A stretch of 63,994 bases of DNA, filler included, from Basidioascus undulatus (taxonomy: Eukaryota), in NCBI GenBank assembly GCA_000826855.1. It is 8 parts of 8 records of this genome, joined end to end, with 100 filler letters (N's around TTAATTAATTAA, not from the genome) between each part and the next. Parts side by side here need not be neighbours in the genome. Positions count along the whole stretch, not along the records: positions 32,142 to 40,061 come from JTLS01001464.1; positions 40,162 to 48,080 come from JTLS01001465.1; 6 more parts are not named here. One strand, given 5' to 3'. Position numbers and translations under genes: made by a program. Shown here piece by piece: positions 34,901 to 48,180 of the stretch. The notes beneath the pieces were generated by a model that saw only the letters and a program-made list of their open reading frames with translations, had not been told where the DNA came from and made no database searches. Numbering within the stretch: the first letter of the stretch is position 1; each line of letters starts with the position of its first letter.

Positions 34901-36317
34901 CGGTAATGACTTATGAGTGCTCAACAAGCAATGGAAGGGTGTGATGACTCGAAAAGGAGAAGAGAGCAACCGTGATAAGGTCAGATGTGAGCTGCAAGGC
35001 ATCCTCCGCAATCTCACATATAAGTCACGCAAAGGAGTGGAGGGCAGGCAGGAAACACCGCCGTTTGAGGCTTGGGTCCCGTGAGGGGCTCTAAAGACCT
35101 AATGAGTTTATCTAATTAAGTTCGGTGAAGGTCACTGCTGTATGTTTATTATTTGCATCGTCTCCCCCAGTCTGTGCGCTGTTTCTGTGGACGCAGACCG
35201 CATGACCGCCGGTAGCTCCGGCAGCACCGCTCCCTGCTCGGCCTTGTAGCCCACGCATTCTCGGCCGCACCGAGTATAGGATTAGGAGGGTCCTGTATAG
35301 AAGGGGACGAGACCCTTTGGGCATGTGCAGTTTTGGCGCAATACGGTGAGAAAGATCGGACAACCCAGGCCCGTACCACACTGCAAGTAGAAACTGCCGA
35401 AGGGGCATGGAACGCAATAGTACTATGTTGCACCGGGTTGTGCCCTCCTCATTTGAAGCTTGCGGCCATGGGCTTTCTGTACCATAGTATGATGAAGTTA
35501 GCGAGCCTTAGTAGCGAGCCGCTCGCTGAGTACTGCCGATTCATTACCAGAGACTCTTCGCGGAGCGGATGCAGTGCCCCTGCGAGTGCAAAGAACATGT
35601 AGCTTGCTCGCGCCTGCTTGAACAACAGGACCACTAGAGACAGCGGTCTGTTTGCACACCGGAATAGGAAGGGAATTCCTCGGCTCCACAGCCACCCTTT
35701 GAACGACCTCACGCCGCTCACCTTGTCTTCGCATCTTCCACGCAACTCTGCATCCTTTTCTCAAATTACAATACACATAGTCCTACATTTTTAGACCCGT
35801 ATCACGAAATACCCAGGCTCACCTCTACGCTGCCGCTCGCCTGCTGGCCACCCGGCATCCTTAGTGAGCCCATGCTTTGGCTCGACGGTTTCGAGTCGCA
35901 CTTGTTATCGGATGTTTCCTTGCGGAGAATCCTTCCTGACGATGGGCTGGGGAATGTTCAGTGAGTGCTCACTTCATGGTCAGCGTGTTTTTCCAGGCTC
36001 ACCTGTGGCCAGACTTCACGTCGACCGTATGTCCCGAGAGGCAAGTTGGTCTTTGAATGCGCACAAGCAGGTAAGTCCCCTGCGATATAATCCTTGATGG
36101 CGCTTAAGCAGAGGTGGCTTTGATAGAGCCGAGCGAGCATACGCCGGCGTGCACAAGCAAAAGGTGCAGCGCTTGGGCGGGAGCGGCGAGCTGCGTTTCT
36201 ACCTTCGAGACGGTGCCCGACCCAAAACCGACCGCTGGACCACTTCATCTTACAAATTGGCCAGTAAAGATAAGTACATGACTATCTTGTCCCCTATCCG
36301 TGGTCTGAACGACCAAC

Positions 36318-36921
36318 ATGCAAACCACAGAACCTCCCTCTGGCATCTTCACCCGCCACCGCGAGTTCGGCCCCATCTTCATCGCACGCGAGAAGGGGTC
36401 GGACGAGGTCTTCATACACTTCTACCATCAAGAGTATCGTCTCGTGCAGCACATGTGCTCCGCACTGTGCGCCTCCAGTTCTGCCTCTACACGCTCTACA
36501 TCCGACCACGCTCCGCGACACCTGCTGCGAACCCTTCCCGGGACCTCTACGACATCATCCACCGCTGCGACCCCGGCAGTATCCTCGGAAAGCTCAAGAA
36601 GAACACGAGACCCTTATCATGGTCTACTTCACGTCGCCGGCACGGGCGCAGGCCCTCATGGACCAGGACGGCGGTCCCCTTGAGGTGTCTGTGCATCAGC
36701 GCTTTCACAACATCCGCGTCGTGGAAGACGGACCGGACGTGCATAGTCCTCATCCTTGGCGCTCGGACTGGGACGAGTCCCCGAACGTGCTTGCACCGTC
36801 CAGAAGGAAGCGGCGCGCATCTGATGTTCCCTCGCCCCCCCCGACGCGAAGCCGGAGGCGAAGCGATACCGGACTCGAGTGCAGCAGACTGGCCCGAACG
36901 CCATTGTCTCACAATGCTTAG
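36318..36921 (+). CDS. Hypothetical, probably degenerate gene
   Basis: Coding-like blocks (FIHFYHQEYRL, RDLYDIIHRCDPGSILG, MVYFTSPARAQALMDQDG) in different frames. No family recognised. Confidence 0.25.
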
Positions 36922-39900
36922 TGCGCTGCTGCAGCCTAGTGCCTCGATGCTCTGTGCTTCGACTGTCACTGTTGTCAGCTAGGCGTCTTGTCTCCTCCTC
37001 GGAGAGGAAGAAGCCAAGTACCCTTCTCCTCTTCGAGTTCTCTGAAGAGAACCGAAACCCGTGTGTCCTTCGGAGTGCGCTGGTCTCTTCCTCTCCTCGC
37101 TCTCCTACGGAGAAGAAAAAGCATGTGCATTGTGAGACAATGCAGGCCGCCTGAACACTCCGACCACACAAGTCGCCGAGCTCTACACCGCCTTCGACTG
37201 CGCTCGCGCCTGCGCAGACCGTCACTGCACTCCTCCTTCCTATCACCCCTATGGATTTCCTGAGGATGCACGACACCGGCCCAGGGTATCATCGCGCTCG
37301 GGGCAAATGAGCCTATCAGCTCTCCATTCTTTGGTTCCCTGCGTAGCAGAACGGGGTTGGACGGGGCTTTAGATGCAGGCAACGCGCTGGGGCTGCACTG
37401 GAGCGAGTCGCGTTCTCGAACTGCTGTACAATCTCTCCGGCCTTGCGGAACACGAGTGCATCGGCATACCAGAGTAAAAGTAAAGCCAAATGAAGCATGC
37501 AACATACCACGCTCCCGTGCCTGTGCTGATGTCGCTTCGCGGGTTGCAGTGTCAGCGGTCAATGCTTCGGCAACGTGCTCGATTCGTGTGTACCGTACAG
37601 TATTTGCGGTTTTTCTACTGCTTCCTCCCGCTTCGCAATGATCTCTTCGACGGGGACAAAGTACAGCTTGCCCAGAAGGAGGGTGAGGCACTCATGCTGT
37701 GGTCGGGCCAAGCAGGACCTGTATTTGAGTATTGTCCGCCACCGTTTTAAGACATAGACTGTAACACCTAGCACCTGAAGGTGTAGCCGTTGGGGCTCTT
37801 AGTCTGATTGTGCGGCGGCAAGTGGAGAGGGTTACCAACGGCACGATCTCGTCGTTTTCTTTCGAAGTACTGTCCTTGGGAAGCTGGTACAGCTCGTTGC
37901 TGTTTTGGAACCTCCGGCCTTATGGTATATATAAACTCAGTTCCAATAGATGCTATGGAGCAGCATGAAGTAAAGGTCCGGACCCTCACCCTCATCGTAG
38001 CGATACAATTGCTCGTTGATCGACTGTGTGTGTGAGAGAAAGTGCTCCTTGTCAGTGACACCGGTGTGCCCTGCTGCTCCGGCATAACAGATAGTAAAGT
38101 GCTTCAATGTGTGAGTGAACGTGGAACGTGGATGGAGGTCGTCAAGATGGAAAGACGGTCCAAGGAAGACCTTCGCATTGATACGGCGGCGCGCTCACGC
38201 GATTCCAGCGACCGGCCATCTCGTAAACTGTCAGACATCTGTGCTCCGCGAAACATGCATGCATCGCCACAAATCACCACGCATATGTGCATCGCGGAAG
38301 ACTTGGAAAGGATGGGTAGACTGTGTAAGTAATGCGGGCCACTAATGCCATGCGAACTGCGCCTAACTCGACAAAACTCGAAAGAGCGGTCGGCAAAAAC
38401 AATTACATGTAGTCCGCGGCCGCGCGGCCCTGCTTGACCGAGAACCGTCAACGAGAGGTGAGCACTCAAATACCGTTCCAGCCACTGACTAGCGGTGGCA
38501 CGTCCTGCCATCCACTTGAGTGCTATCTGAAGCTAACCGCTTTCTCTGAAATGACAAATACTTCGAAACCTGTTTTCTCAAGTCGATCTGTGAAACCTTT
38601 GCTTCACAACAGAGGTTCCGACCCAGGCTGACCAGGCTGAGCCCTTCTGCCCTTCGGTGCTATCTATTCACGTAAGGCACTTTACATATGGGCCATTGGA
38701 GATTATGGGTCAAGGATTGCTTCCTGACTCACTGACAATTGATCTATGAGCCATGCTCATTTCCTATTCAGTAACAGCACACCCGCACGTCCATATCCTC
38801 GCCAAACCTGTTGGCTGTGTTCCAGTTAACAGAACACAGCTTCTATGAATGTCCGAAGAGGAAGAAAGATGGAATATTTATTAATAATGATTTCAAGTTG
38901 ATTCATGAGCAATGCTCTATTCTTATTGGGTCAACAGCATGCACACGCCGTCCGGACCAGACGCCGTATCCATCTGCGCTTTTGAACCATTGATTTCGGT
39001 TAGAGGCAACATACACCTAATTTCTTTCGCAGGCAGCTTGGCGGCCGGCGGATCATCATCGCCAGGGGCGGGCGCGAACTCGACATCTCCTTCGTCTGCA
39101 ATTACTGTGCTTACGCAACTGCAAGTTCGCTTGAAAAAAGTCGGACCAAAGCGTGCCTGAGGAAAACGGGCCGGCCCTTAGGTACTGTAATTAGGCCGGT
39201 TGCGGCAGCGACGGGTGCGCGTATCGCCCCTCTTCAGCTTATCGCCTCCCCCCAGCTCCGTCCTCCGGCTTGAAGCTGTCTCATGCTACCGCATCTTCAC
39301 ATAATGCGTTTCTGTCACAGCAGACGACTCGGTGCCTAGCGCAACCTTACAGAGGGCCTGACCTTGCGAGGCGGCAGAGCCGGGGCGGAGGTGCAAACAA
39401 CGCGGGCTCGCTCTGCCTCGTGTTCCACCTCGAGCTCCGTCTGGCGCTCCGTCCCGCCGCGCTCCGTCATGCGCTTCCGGTGCTGAGCTATGCGATGTGT
39501 CTGCGACTTCGCTGAGACTGAGGTCGTGCTGCACTATCACTCATCATGCATACATTCATCCTTCGCACACGACTTTCGTCTCACTGTTCTTCCGCTCGAT
39601 CGACAGGCTGACGCTCGCCGCACGCTGCGGCCCAAGGCTTCTTCGACACCTGCCACACTGTTCTAGCGCCACCGCCTGCCTCGCTCACGCTTCACTCACG
39701 CTTCAATCTGCGCGTACACCTTCCGCCCGCATACACCCCGCTCGGACTCGCTCGGCGCATACAAGCACTCGCGTCTTCGAGCATACACCCCCTCGCCAGT
39801 AGATCGTCAAATTCCAAACACCCCTACCCTTCTCGAGCGCGACCGCCATCTCGTTCTACGCGCCCCTCGCCGCGCCATGCCCATGCAGTTGACCTTCACG

Positions 39901-40161
39901 CAGGGCCGGGAGATAGCACGACGTCTCTTGGGTCCAGCACCCGTGCCTCGGTACCTCACTACTCGGAGACCGTCATCCCGAAGAAGCGGTGCGTTCGTGT
40001 CTATCCGCCGCAGCAGCCTCTACAGCGCGCCTGACACACCTCCTCAACGATGCAAGCCTTCNNNNNNNNNNNNNNNNNNNNNNNNNNNNNNNNNNNNNNN
40101 NNNNNTTAATTAATTAANNNNNNNNNNNNNNNNNNNNNNNNNNNNNNNNNNNNNNNNNNNN

Positions 40162-40686
40162 CCGCGCCGCCGCCCTCGGCGGGTGCACCGCGCGCAACCG
40201 TCCCGCGCGCACCCGTGGAGGACGACGGGGGTGACTACGTGTTCGACGTGTACTACCGCGATGTCCAACCGGTCGCGGAGGAGGAGGTGCAGCGGGTGCT
40301 AAGGAACGTGGGAGCACTGTGAGTGGAAGGAGACAAGGAGGGAGAGAGGTAGGAGGCTGATGAGAGTGTGGGCGGAGGTCCGGGTTCATCGATGACGACG
40401 ACCTCATGAACGACTACTCGTCGGACAGCGACTTTGGGGACGAGGCGGACGAGGACTCGAATGGTGCGTTCTGCACACATGTTCTTCCCCGCGCTTCTCT
40501 TTCAGTACTTACCTGCCCATCTTCGACCACAGACGAAAGCTACTACCGCAACGACTATCCCGAGGTTCGTTACACAGACTGCTCCCACCTTTCCGCTGGG
40601 GTTCGTCGCGCTGACTCTGCCTGGGCGATGTGCGTGGTCGTTCGAGACAGGACGAGTCGGAGCAGGATGACTACTCGGACTACTGA
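40162..40686 (+). CDS. IWR1: RNA polymerase II nuclear localisation protein Iwr1, 3' part
   Basis: DYVFDVYYR...DEADEDSN|DESYYRNDYPE|DESEQDDYSDY* signature. Confidence 0.9.
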
Positions 40687-41685
40687 CCTGTCCACTCCGC
40701 CGAACTCGCCCGCACCCTAATCCCCTTTTGTCCTTTCAATGCCACCTCACTCCTGCAAAAGGTAAAGTGCGCATCGCGCTTCACATGTAATCGGCATATT
40801 CACGACATATCGCATAGCATCTCATCAGAACTTAACTTTGCACTATTTTTTTGAGCTTTAACTTGCAGCCCAATTTTACCCCTCCCTCATATGAAATGCG
40901 CAACGTGACGGCGCGAGCTTAAGCAAGAAGTCGGAGTGATGCTCGGGTGGATGGCGGCCTGTTAAGAATCACGTCTGAGCTGAGCTGATGTGCGCCGGGA
41001 CAAAAGAGCTGTGGCGGTACGTCGACGAGTCTTAAACAGATCTTGCCACGATACTTCTTGTGTCGAGCGTCCTGTACGGAAATGAGCGGCCGGAATGTTT
41101 GTGGCCTCTCTCTTAGCGAAAATTTCCCGGACGAAACGGCCTGCTCAGTAGTCGCACGCTGGTGCGGGCTGCTTCTGAGCACTTCGATGACTTGTACGGA
41201 ATCCCAACGTGAGCGCCTGGCCTGCGGGACTGCATCAATACTGAGTTCATCACGACATATGGTGCAATCCACAAAATACTGTCAATTACAGGCTGGAAAG
41301 CGGCTCCATTGGCGGATGCAGTGCGCAAGCGACAGTGTGTATGTCGCCATACGGCGGCCGTTGCAGACTTCGCGCGTGCTCTTATAGCTATTAGCCAGGT
41401 ACGGTGCAAGATCTGGCGGAAGACGTTGTCCTTCAACGGAAATGTGTGCCTGCCCGTGCCTTGCCACTCGCTTGCCTTCTGAAAACCCCATGCATCTTTG
41501 CCCGTATCTGCATGCCTAATTTTCCCGATGGTTCAAGATCATTGCGTGCTCAGCAGCCCCGGAACCCATGCGAAGACGAAGAGGATGTCGAGCATGAGCA
41601 CAAAGCTTCCATGGTCGAGCTGGGTCGCAGCCTGTTCTTCTCTCTTGCTCACTTCAACATCGCACCCTTGCTTACATTCGACACT

Positions 41686-44600
41686 ATGTCGAGCCTCCAA
41701 CACCCCAGATCCCATGGGGACCTCGATGTGGATGTCGTTCCACCACTCTCGCCTAACCTCGAGCCTCTTTCTTCCCCGTTCGAAGAGGAGCCTGCCTGCA
41801 ACCCCTGAGGCCGAAGACAAAAAGGGCGAAGACTCGGGCAAGTTCGCGGACACCCATCTATCGGACATCGATGAGAGGGACACCAAGTTTGTGAAGGGGA
41901 GAACCGGACATTACGACTGGCGCCGACGTCTCCAACTATGCGGGTGAGTCGGTGAATCCGCGCCTTGTGTATAGTGTAGCGAGCAGCATTGACCGTAATC
42001 TGTCCGGGCACTTGCGCTCCGCAACATGGCGATGCGGCACTAACTCTTCGTTCCATCGTGCTGGGCTCTCTTTTGGCTGACTTGGGTGCGACCTTGGTCC
42101 AGGTGAGCCATAGCAACTTCCTTTACGGAAGACTCTTGACGATGAGACTGCTTCCATCCAGATCGGAGAGTTCAAGCCGGTCTGGGTCACTGTTTCGTCG
42201 ACCTTCCTACTACTTAATAGTCCACGCCTTCGGAAACATTTGGTATCGCCTTCTGCCCACAGCCAACGCGGGCCGAACGCTTCCCCGCTCTGCATCGATT
42301 TGCGCGTGTTCTCGATTAACCCAGGACCGTTCGGGTTGAAAGAAGTGCGCGCCTCTTTTCTTTGTCTTCATATTTCCGGCTGTCATAATTTAATATTCTG
42401 CCTTTATTAAAAGCATGTCGTCGCAAACGTCATCGCCACTACGGCTGCTGGAGGTTCCACTGCCGTAGAGATCTTCGCTGTGCAGCGCGTTCGTGCTTCT
42501 TTCTGCTTTGCGAGCTGCTACAACTACATAATGTCGGTCTTTACCTCAGCTATTCTACAACCACTCGGTCAATGCAGCAACAGCATTGCTAGCGATTTTC
42601 TCGACAGCCATGTTCGGATACAGCCTTGTCCCTGAAGCTCATGCAACGCAAAGAGCTCACCCTGTACCCATCACGAGCTGCTAGGCCTCCTTCGACCCCT
42701 AACCGTCTGTATGGATTTTCTCTCCTTCAATCGCGACAAGGAGATAAGCTGACCTAGTACGCACTTGCTAGATCCTTCTGAGATGGTATATTGGGCGCAG
42801 CTCCCTACGGTGGCCATTTTTCAAAGTGCGTGCGCATAATTGAGGGGTCAAATTCAAACGGCTCACGTTCAGTTGGCATTGGTAGCCATACGCTGGGAGT
42901 CCGGCGCTAACTCCAAGCGGTACCGGCTCTTTTGGTGGGCCGTCCTCGGGGTCGCTGTCTATGTGATTTTCACAATGTACATTTTCCCGGTACGCAGCCT
43001 CTGTTTCCACCAGCAACAAGGCTTCGACACTACTGACCCAATAAAGACTGCTACCTTCAGCTGCTCAACAGCATCTCTGTCTTCTGCCTCGCATCGCAGC
43101 ATGCCAGCCCCGCTACGCGAGCGACCTTCACCAACCTTTTCGGTGGAGCGTCGCTAAATATCAAATTTCCTGTTAGTTTCATATCAAAACACAACTCACC
43201 GATCGGATTTAGGCCAACGAAGGACTTGGGATACTGGGTCTCTCTCTGAACTGGCAGTATGTCACAAGCTATTATATGGTGAGTCGCCTTAATGTTTGCC
43301 TTTCGCATCTTGCGAGTTGATATAATTACCGATGGTCTTCTTCAGTCCATCCCTCTCATTCAACAAGGTACGCATTGTCCTCTTTGTACTGAAGGACTTG
43401 GTACAAAATGAAGCCATCGTACAGCAAACTCCTGGATCGGCTATATCGCCTCCTATGGCATTCTTGCGTGGCTTTATTACGCCGATGCCTGGGACGTAAC
43501 TTTATTACGCCGATGCCTGGGACGTAAGTTGTTTTGCGGTTGTATATCGAAAGTCTGATGCTCACAGTGGACCGCGTATAGGCAAAGAGCTTTCCGATTC
43601 TGTCGTCGGCCCTGCTCCAGAAGAACGGGACACGTTTCGATCAAACTTCGATCATGACAGACATTTTCACCGTCAATATGGCAAGGTTGGAAGAGGAAGG
43701 GATACCCCTATGGCTGCCGCTTTCGTCTGGTGCGTGTTGTCAAAATGCTTTTTCTGATCAAGCGTGGCTCAGATATGTGCATCCCCAGGTCGTCGACGTC
43801 TCAAAATCTGGCCATCGGCGCCCTCGTTGCGCATTGCATCTTCTTTTGGTCTCCTTACTTTTGGCAATCGCTTAAGCATTACCGTGACGGCACTCAACCC
43901 GACCGTGAGTGCCGCCCGAAGCCGTTCAAGCATAGAACAATGAGGCTGACCCAATACACGCCTATTTTAGTGCATTGGAAGGCGATGCGGAACTACAAGG
44001 ACGTTCCCCAGTGGTGGTACTTCGTGCGTAGTTTGAGAGACTGAAGTCCCGTACACTCATTTCCCCGTTCACAGGTCCTCACGGTATGTTCATCGGCTTG
44101 GAACAGTTTAATACGTCGTTAACAATGAATCTTCATCTGTGCAGGTCCTTTCTTTCTTCTCTGGCCTGATTGTGATTTTCAAGGGTAAGACGCACAATAT
44201 ATCGCGAAAGTCACCAAGACAGACTCTCTGAGATCTGACATGATTTCCAGGGCACACTACCCTCCCTGCTTGGGGATACATCTTGGCCTTAGCCGTTGGA
44301 GGTAAGCTTTAACTAACGTGCAAATCATGAAGGGCACTTGCTCAAAACACTCCTGGGTACTCAAAGCCTTCATTGCCCCGCTGTCCACTCTGCTGTACGC
44401 CCGCATGGGCAACGGCATCGCAACAAACCAAATCATGTCAGTACTTTTCCGTTTGAGTAGGTAAAATGCATCCTCTGATAATTTGAAATAACAGGAAAAT
44501 GGTACCCGGAGCTGTCCTGCCTGGTCGCCGGGTTGCCAAGTAAGCTCTCTGATCCCGTCAGTGGCCTGCGTACCGGCCTACCACACAAGCTAAGGCGGCT

Positions 44601-45930
44601 CTCATATCCTCCTTATAACCTTTACTTTTCAACTTGATCACACGACATGATAAGTCAGAGTATCGACCTAAAACTCGCGCAGTACTGTGAATCTACGGTT
44701 TGCATGTTATCGCTCACGTCTCGTGACCTCCGCGAGCTGTCCTGGCCCTCGCGAGTTATCCGAGCATCTTTCAACGACTCTAACCTTCTGTACCACATTG
44801 GAAATCCCACCACGCTTCATGTTTGCCGTCCAGATCTGGGGAAGCTTGCTGGGCGCGTTCATCAACTATGTACGTGCGACACTGCACGACCGGTGCGGTA
44901 CCGTTCCGAGGCTTTCAAACGGCATTCACCTACTATTTCATCAGGCTGACATGGCCAATAACACCTCCCCCCGCGAAGTTCTTCTCAATCCTCGGGACGA
45001 ACGTGTGGTCTGGCAACACCAGTGAGTGCTGTGTACCCTGCCCGGTTCGCCATTGAGAAAAATGCAGTCCTGTCTGGTTTCTTATTGTCGTTATCTACCA
45101 CAGTGAAATCGCTCAATACATCGGCAATCACCTGGTCGCTGGCGAAGGAGCTCTACTCGCACAAGGCTGCATACTGGATCGTGCCCATAGCGGTGGTGAT
45201 CGGTTTCATCCCGACTGTCATTCAATGGGTGATTTCACTGGTGCGTTCTGTCTTTTTTTCAATAGTAGTTTCGCAAGTATACACTGTAAATTGGGGTTGT
45301 TTTGGCGCTACCCTACCATTAGCGGCTTCCCGCTCGAGAAGGTCATCATTCAGGTAATCTTTGTTGTGAATGCAATGTCGACTGTGAAATCCGCCCCGCC
45401 ACTTATGCTGAAGCCCTGACTACATACAGTATGCGTACCAACTTTTGGGGTGAGAATACGACGGAAGGACGTGTCCCACCTCTGGAGTGCTGACCCGTAT
45501 CGAGCCTAAAGGTGGGGTCAACTCGACGGTTTTGTCCTGCATCCTGGTCGGCCCGGTCTTCCAATGGCATATTCGGAAAAGATACCCCAAATGGTACCAG
45601 ACGTACAAGTACGAGCTTCGCATAACATCCTGCCAACTGCGATTCGCAAAGCTTACGGTGCGTCCGCACCGGCAGCTAAGTTCTCGCAGGCGCTCTTGAC
45701 GGCGGTACACATATTCTTGTCTTCGTGCGTCCGCCCCCACAGCTACCTTCACGCAGCGCTCTGACGGTGGTTGTACCGCCTGTACACAGATTTTTTAGCT
45801 TCGCCGTGTTCGGGGCTTCAGGAAAGGAGCGGCCGTTTCCGAAAGTGCGTAGGGCATGCGCTGATCCAGGTACCTAAACACAGTGGGCCGGGAACCCGAA
45901 CACAACGGACATCTACCGCGATTATGGTGC
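41686..45930 (+). pseudogene. OPT-family oligopeptide transporter, probably pseudogenised
   Basis: EPDITTGADVSNY, LTLRSIVLGSL, ANEGLGILGLSLNWQY, HWKAMRNYKDVPQWWY, DLKLAQY, IPPRFMFAVQIWGSLLGAFINY. At least two frameshifts in exon 1 and a duplicated splice donor at 43472-43527. Confidence 0.85.
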
Positions 45931-46421
45931 GGCGCGGTGAGAGCCCCGTCTGCCCGTCGGGGATGACCACGGCGCACGAGAGACACGCGACTTCGAGCTT
46001 TGAGGCGCTCCTCCCCCCTCCCCCGTTCTTTTTGTCTGCGACACTAACATGAAGTTTTCTTTGAATGTCTGCGCTCTTGCCTCCGTAGAATTTCGTGTGA
46101 ATGCTTCCCAAAGAGCAAATATTTTGGCGAGGGCCGGAAGACCTCGAGTGAAGCACAAAGACCTTGAATGATGGGCATGTGGTCTGCCAGGGCAACATTT
46201 GCGGAGTTGCGGATGCCCGTTGGATAGCGGCACTTCCCCATGGTTCGTTCCTTTCCGGTTGATGTGTCATCGCAGAATCTGCGGGAGTTTGAGCGGGCAG
46301 TCCTTTCAGTTTGCATCGTTCTGAGCAGCAAGCCAAGGAGAGGAATAGTATAAAGTATCAAGGTTCACAGGTACAGATATCAATGCAGAAGAGCAAATTA
46401 CAACGAAGTGATGCCCAAGCG

Positions 46422-48080
46422 TCATGCCTGAGCGTGAGACATGACGCCCGCAATGACCTCCTCGTAGAACGCCCGCAGCTTCTGAGCATTCCCGCAAAAC
46501 TTCATGAAAGCGTTCCGCATCTCCAACACCTGCTGCTGCACCGCGGGCTCTCTTGGCGCGCCAGGCCGCCCGGGTCGCGAACTCGCGGCTTGCGTCGAGA
46601 TGTAAAGCCGATTACCGAGCCAGAGGAATCCGGCCTCGCCGCCGACAATTTGGACGCTGGCGAAGCCTGAGCGGTGAACCTGCGCAGAAAAGTGAGTTTT
46701 CATGTCAGTCCTGTGTGCAGTAACGAGCAGTCGCTTGTGGGGCACTCACAAATTGGTCGTACGTGAACGGCTGGCGCTGGAATGTCCATCGAACCGGCAC
46801 GCCAGGTGGATAGCGCGACTGCGCCTCGGCGTCGAGGACAAAGCCGAATTTGCGGAGAATAGCACGCTCAAAGAACAGCGCGCGCTGACGCTCAGAGGGA
46901 AAGCGGGCTTCTTGCGGGACGGGCGGAGGGGGTACGGCGAGCCGAATGCGAGCACCTGCCGCGAGAAGTTGGTTAGCCAGCATGTATGTTTGCACTGAGG
47001 AATAGGATTGACAGGAGGCAAAAGGGTTCTTCGCCGCGATATCCGCGATCTCGTCCACCTTGCATTCGGCAAGACGAAGGCCGAACTTGCGTATTTGTCG
47101 GTTCCATGCCTGGACGGTCTCCTCCACGAAGTGCGACGTGATTCCGCTGTGAGGCAACACAGTCAGCAACGGGAGGTCAAAACAGATGAAGAGCAAATCG
47201 CACAGCCAGTGGAACTGAAAGCTCCAGGCGTTTTCAGCGTTATGGAACGAGTCGTAATGGAGTACGGCGGCTGTGTAGGCGCCGATGTCAGCCCAGAGCG
47301 AAGCCTTTCAAAAGAACAAGAACAACGCAGAACGTACTCTCAGTCCGATCGCTCCGCTTATGGGCGTCCAGGTCGATGATCATCTTTCGAGACTACGGGC
47401 GAGGATGGAGATCAGCTTGACGATCACGAGAAACGCATAGCTGCGACACGCGCCATCGGCACCCCGCGCGACGATCGTTTCGGCTTCTGACGTCGGGGCT
47501 CTTGCTCGACGCCAGGCATGGGACACTGCAACACCGAGTCGACCTTGAGGCGGTAGAAGTACATGCCGCTGTACCTCCGCCGCATTCCGTCAGCATAACT
47601 GCTCTGATAAGGCTCATGCATAGCCGCATCGCACGCACTCGAGGAGAGAATGCGCTCCGAGGACGTGCTCAAACAGGCCCGCACGCCGGAGCGTCTCGCC
47701 CCACTTGACGGCTGCCTCGCGAGTGGGCGCGTCGAGGCGGTATTGGCGTACGAGGAACGTGACAAATTCGGAGCCGATGAAGGCGTCGTCGTACGACCGG
47801 ACTGCGCGTTGCGATCAACCGTCAGCATGCTGCTTTGGAAAAGGGAAGGAGCCGAAACACGCACAATGCCATCTCCGACGCTCGACGACGATCCCCGACC
47901 CCGGCTCGAGCATGAACGCCGCGATTTCCGCGAGCGCTTCCGGCGACGTGCCAAGGCGCCTCGTACTGCTCGGCACTGCCAGCGCGGGCGCCTCGAGGTC
48001 CTCGAGCTGCCTGACAATTGTCTCGTCCAGGACGCACGCGGACGGGTCGCAGTCGATCCGGCGGCGGCGGGGGCGGGGGA
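46422..48080 (-). CDS. IML1: Iml1/DEPDC5 (GATOR1/SEACIT subunit), DEP domain and C-terminal domain (5' truncated)
   Basis: RRWH|VRSYDDAFIGSEFVTFL...REAAVKWG...GLFEHV...LD|GMYFYRL (DEP domain), FFERAILRKFGFVLD, Q|VHRSG...GFLWLGNRLY, FCGNAQKLRAFYEE. Confidence 0.93.
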
Positions 48081-48180
48081 NNNNNNNNNNNNNNNNNNNN
48101 NNNNNNNNNNNNNNNNNNNNNNNNTTAATTAATTAANNNNNNNNNNNNNNNNNNNNNNNNNNNNNNNNNNNNNNNNNNNN

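Noticed and set aside
37000..40061. Intergenic stretch with many short ORFs and a C-rich contig end
   Set aside because: I found no consistent codon bias, splice pattern or recognisable motif.
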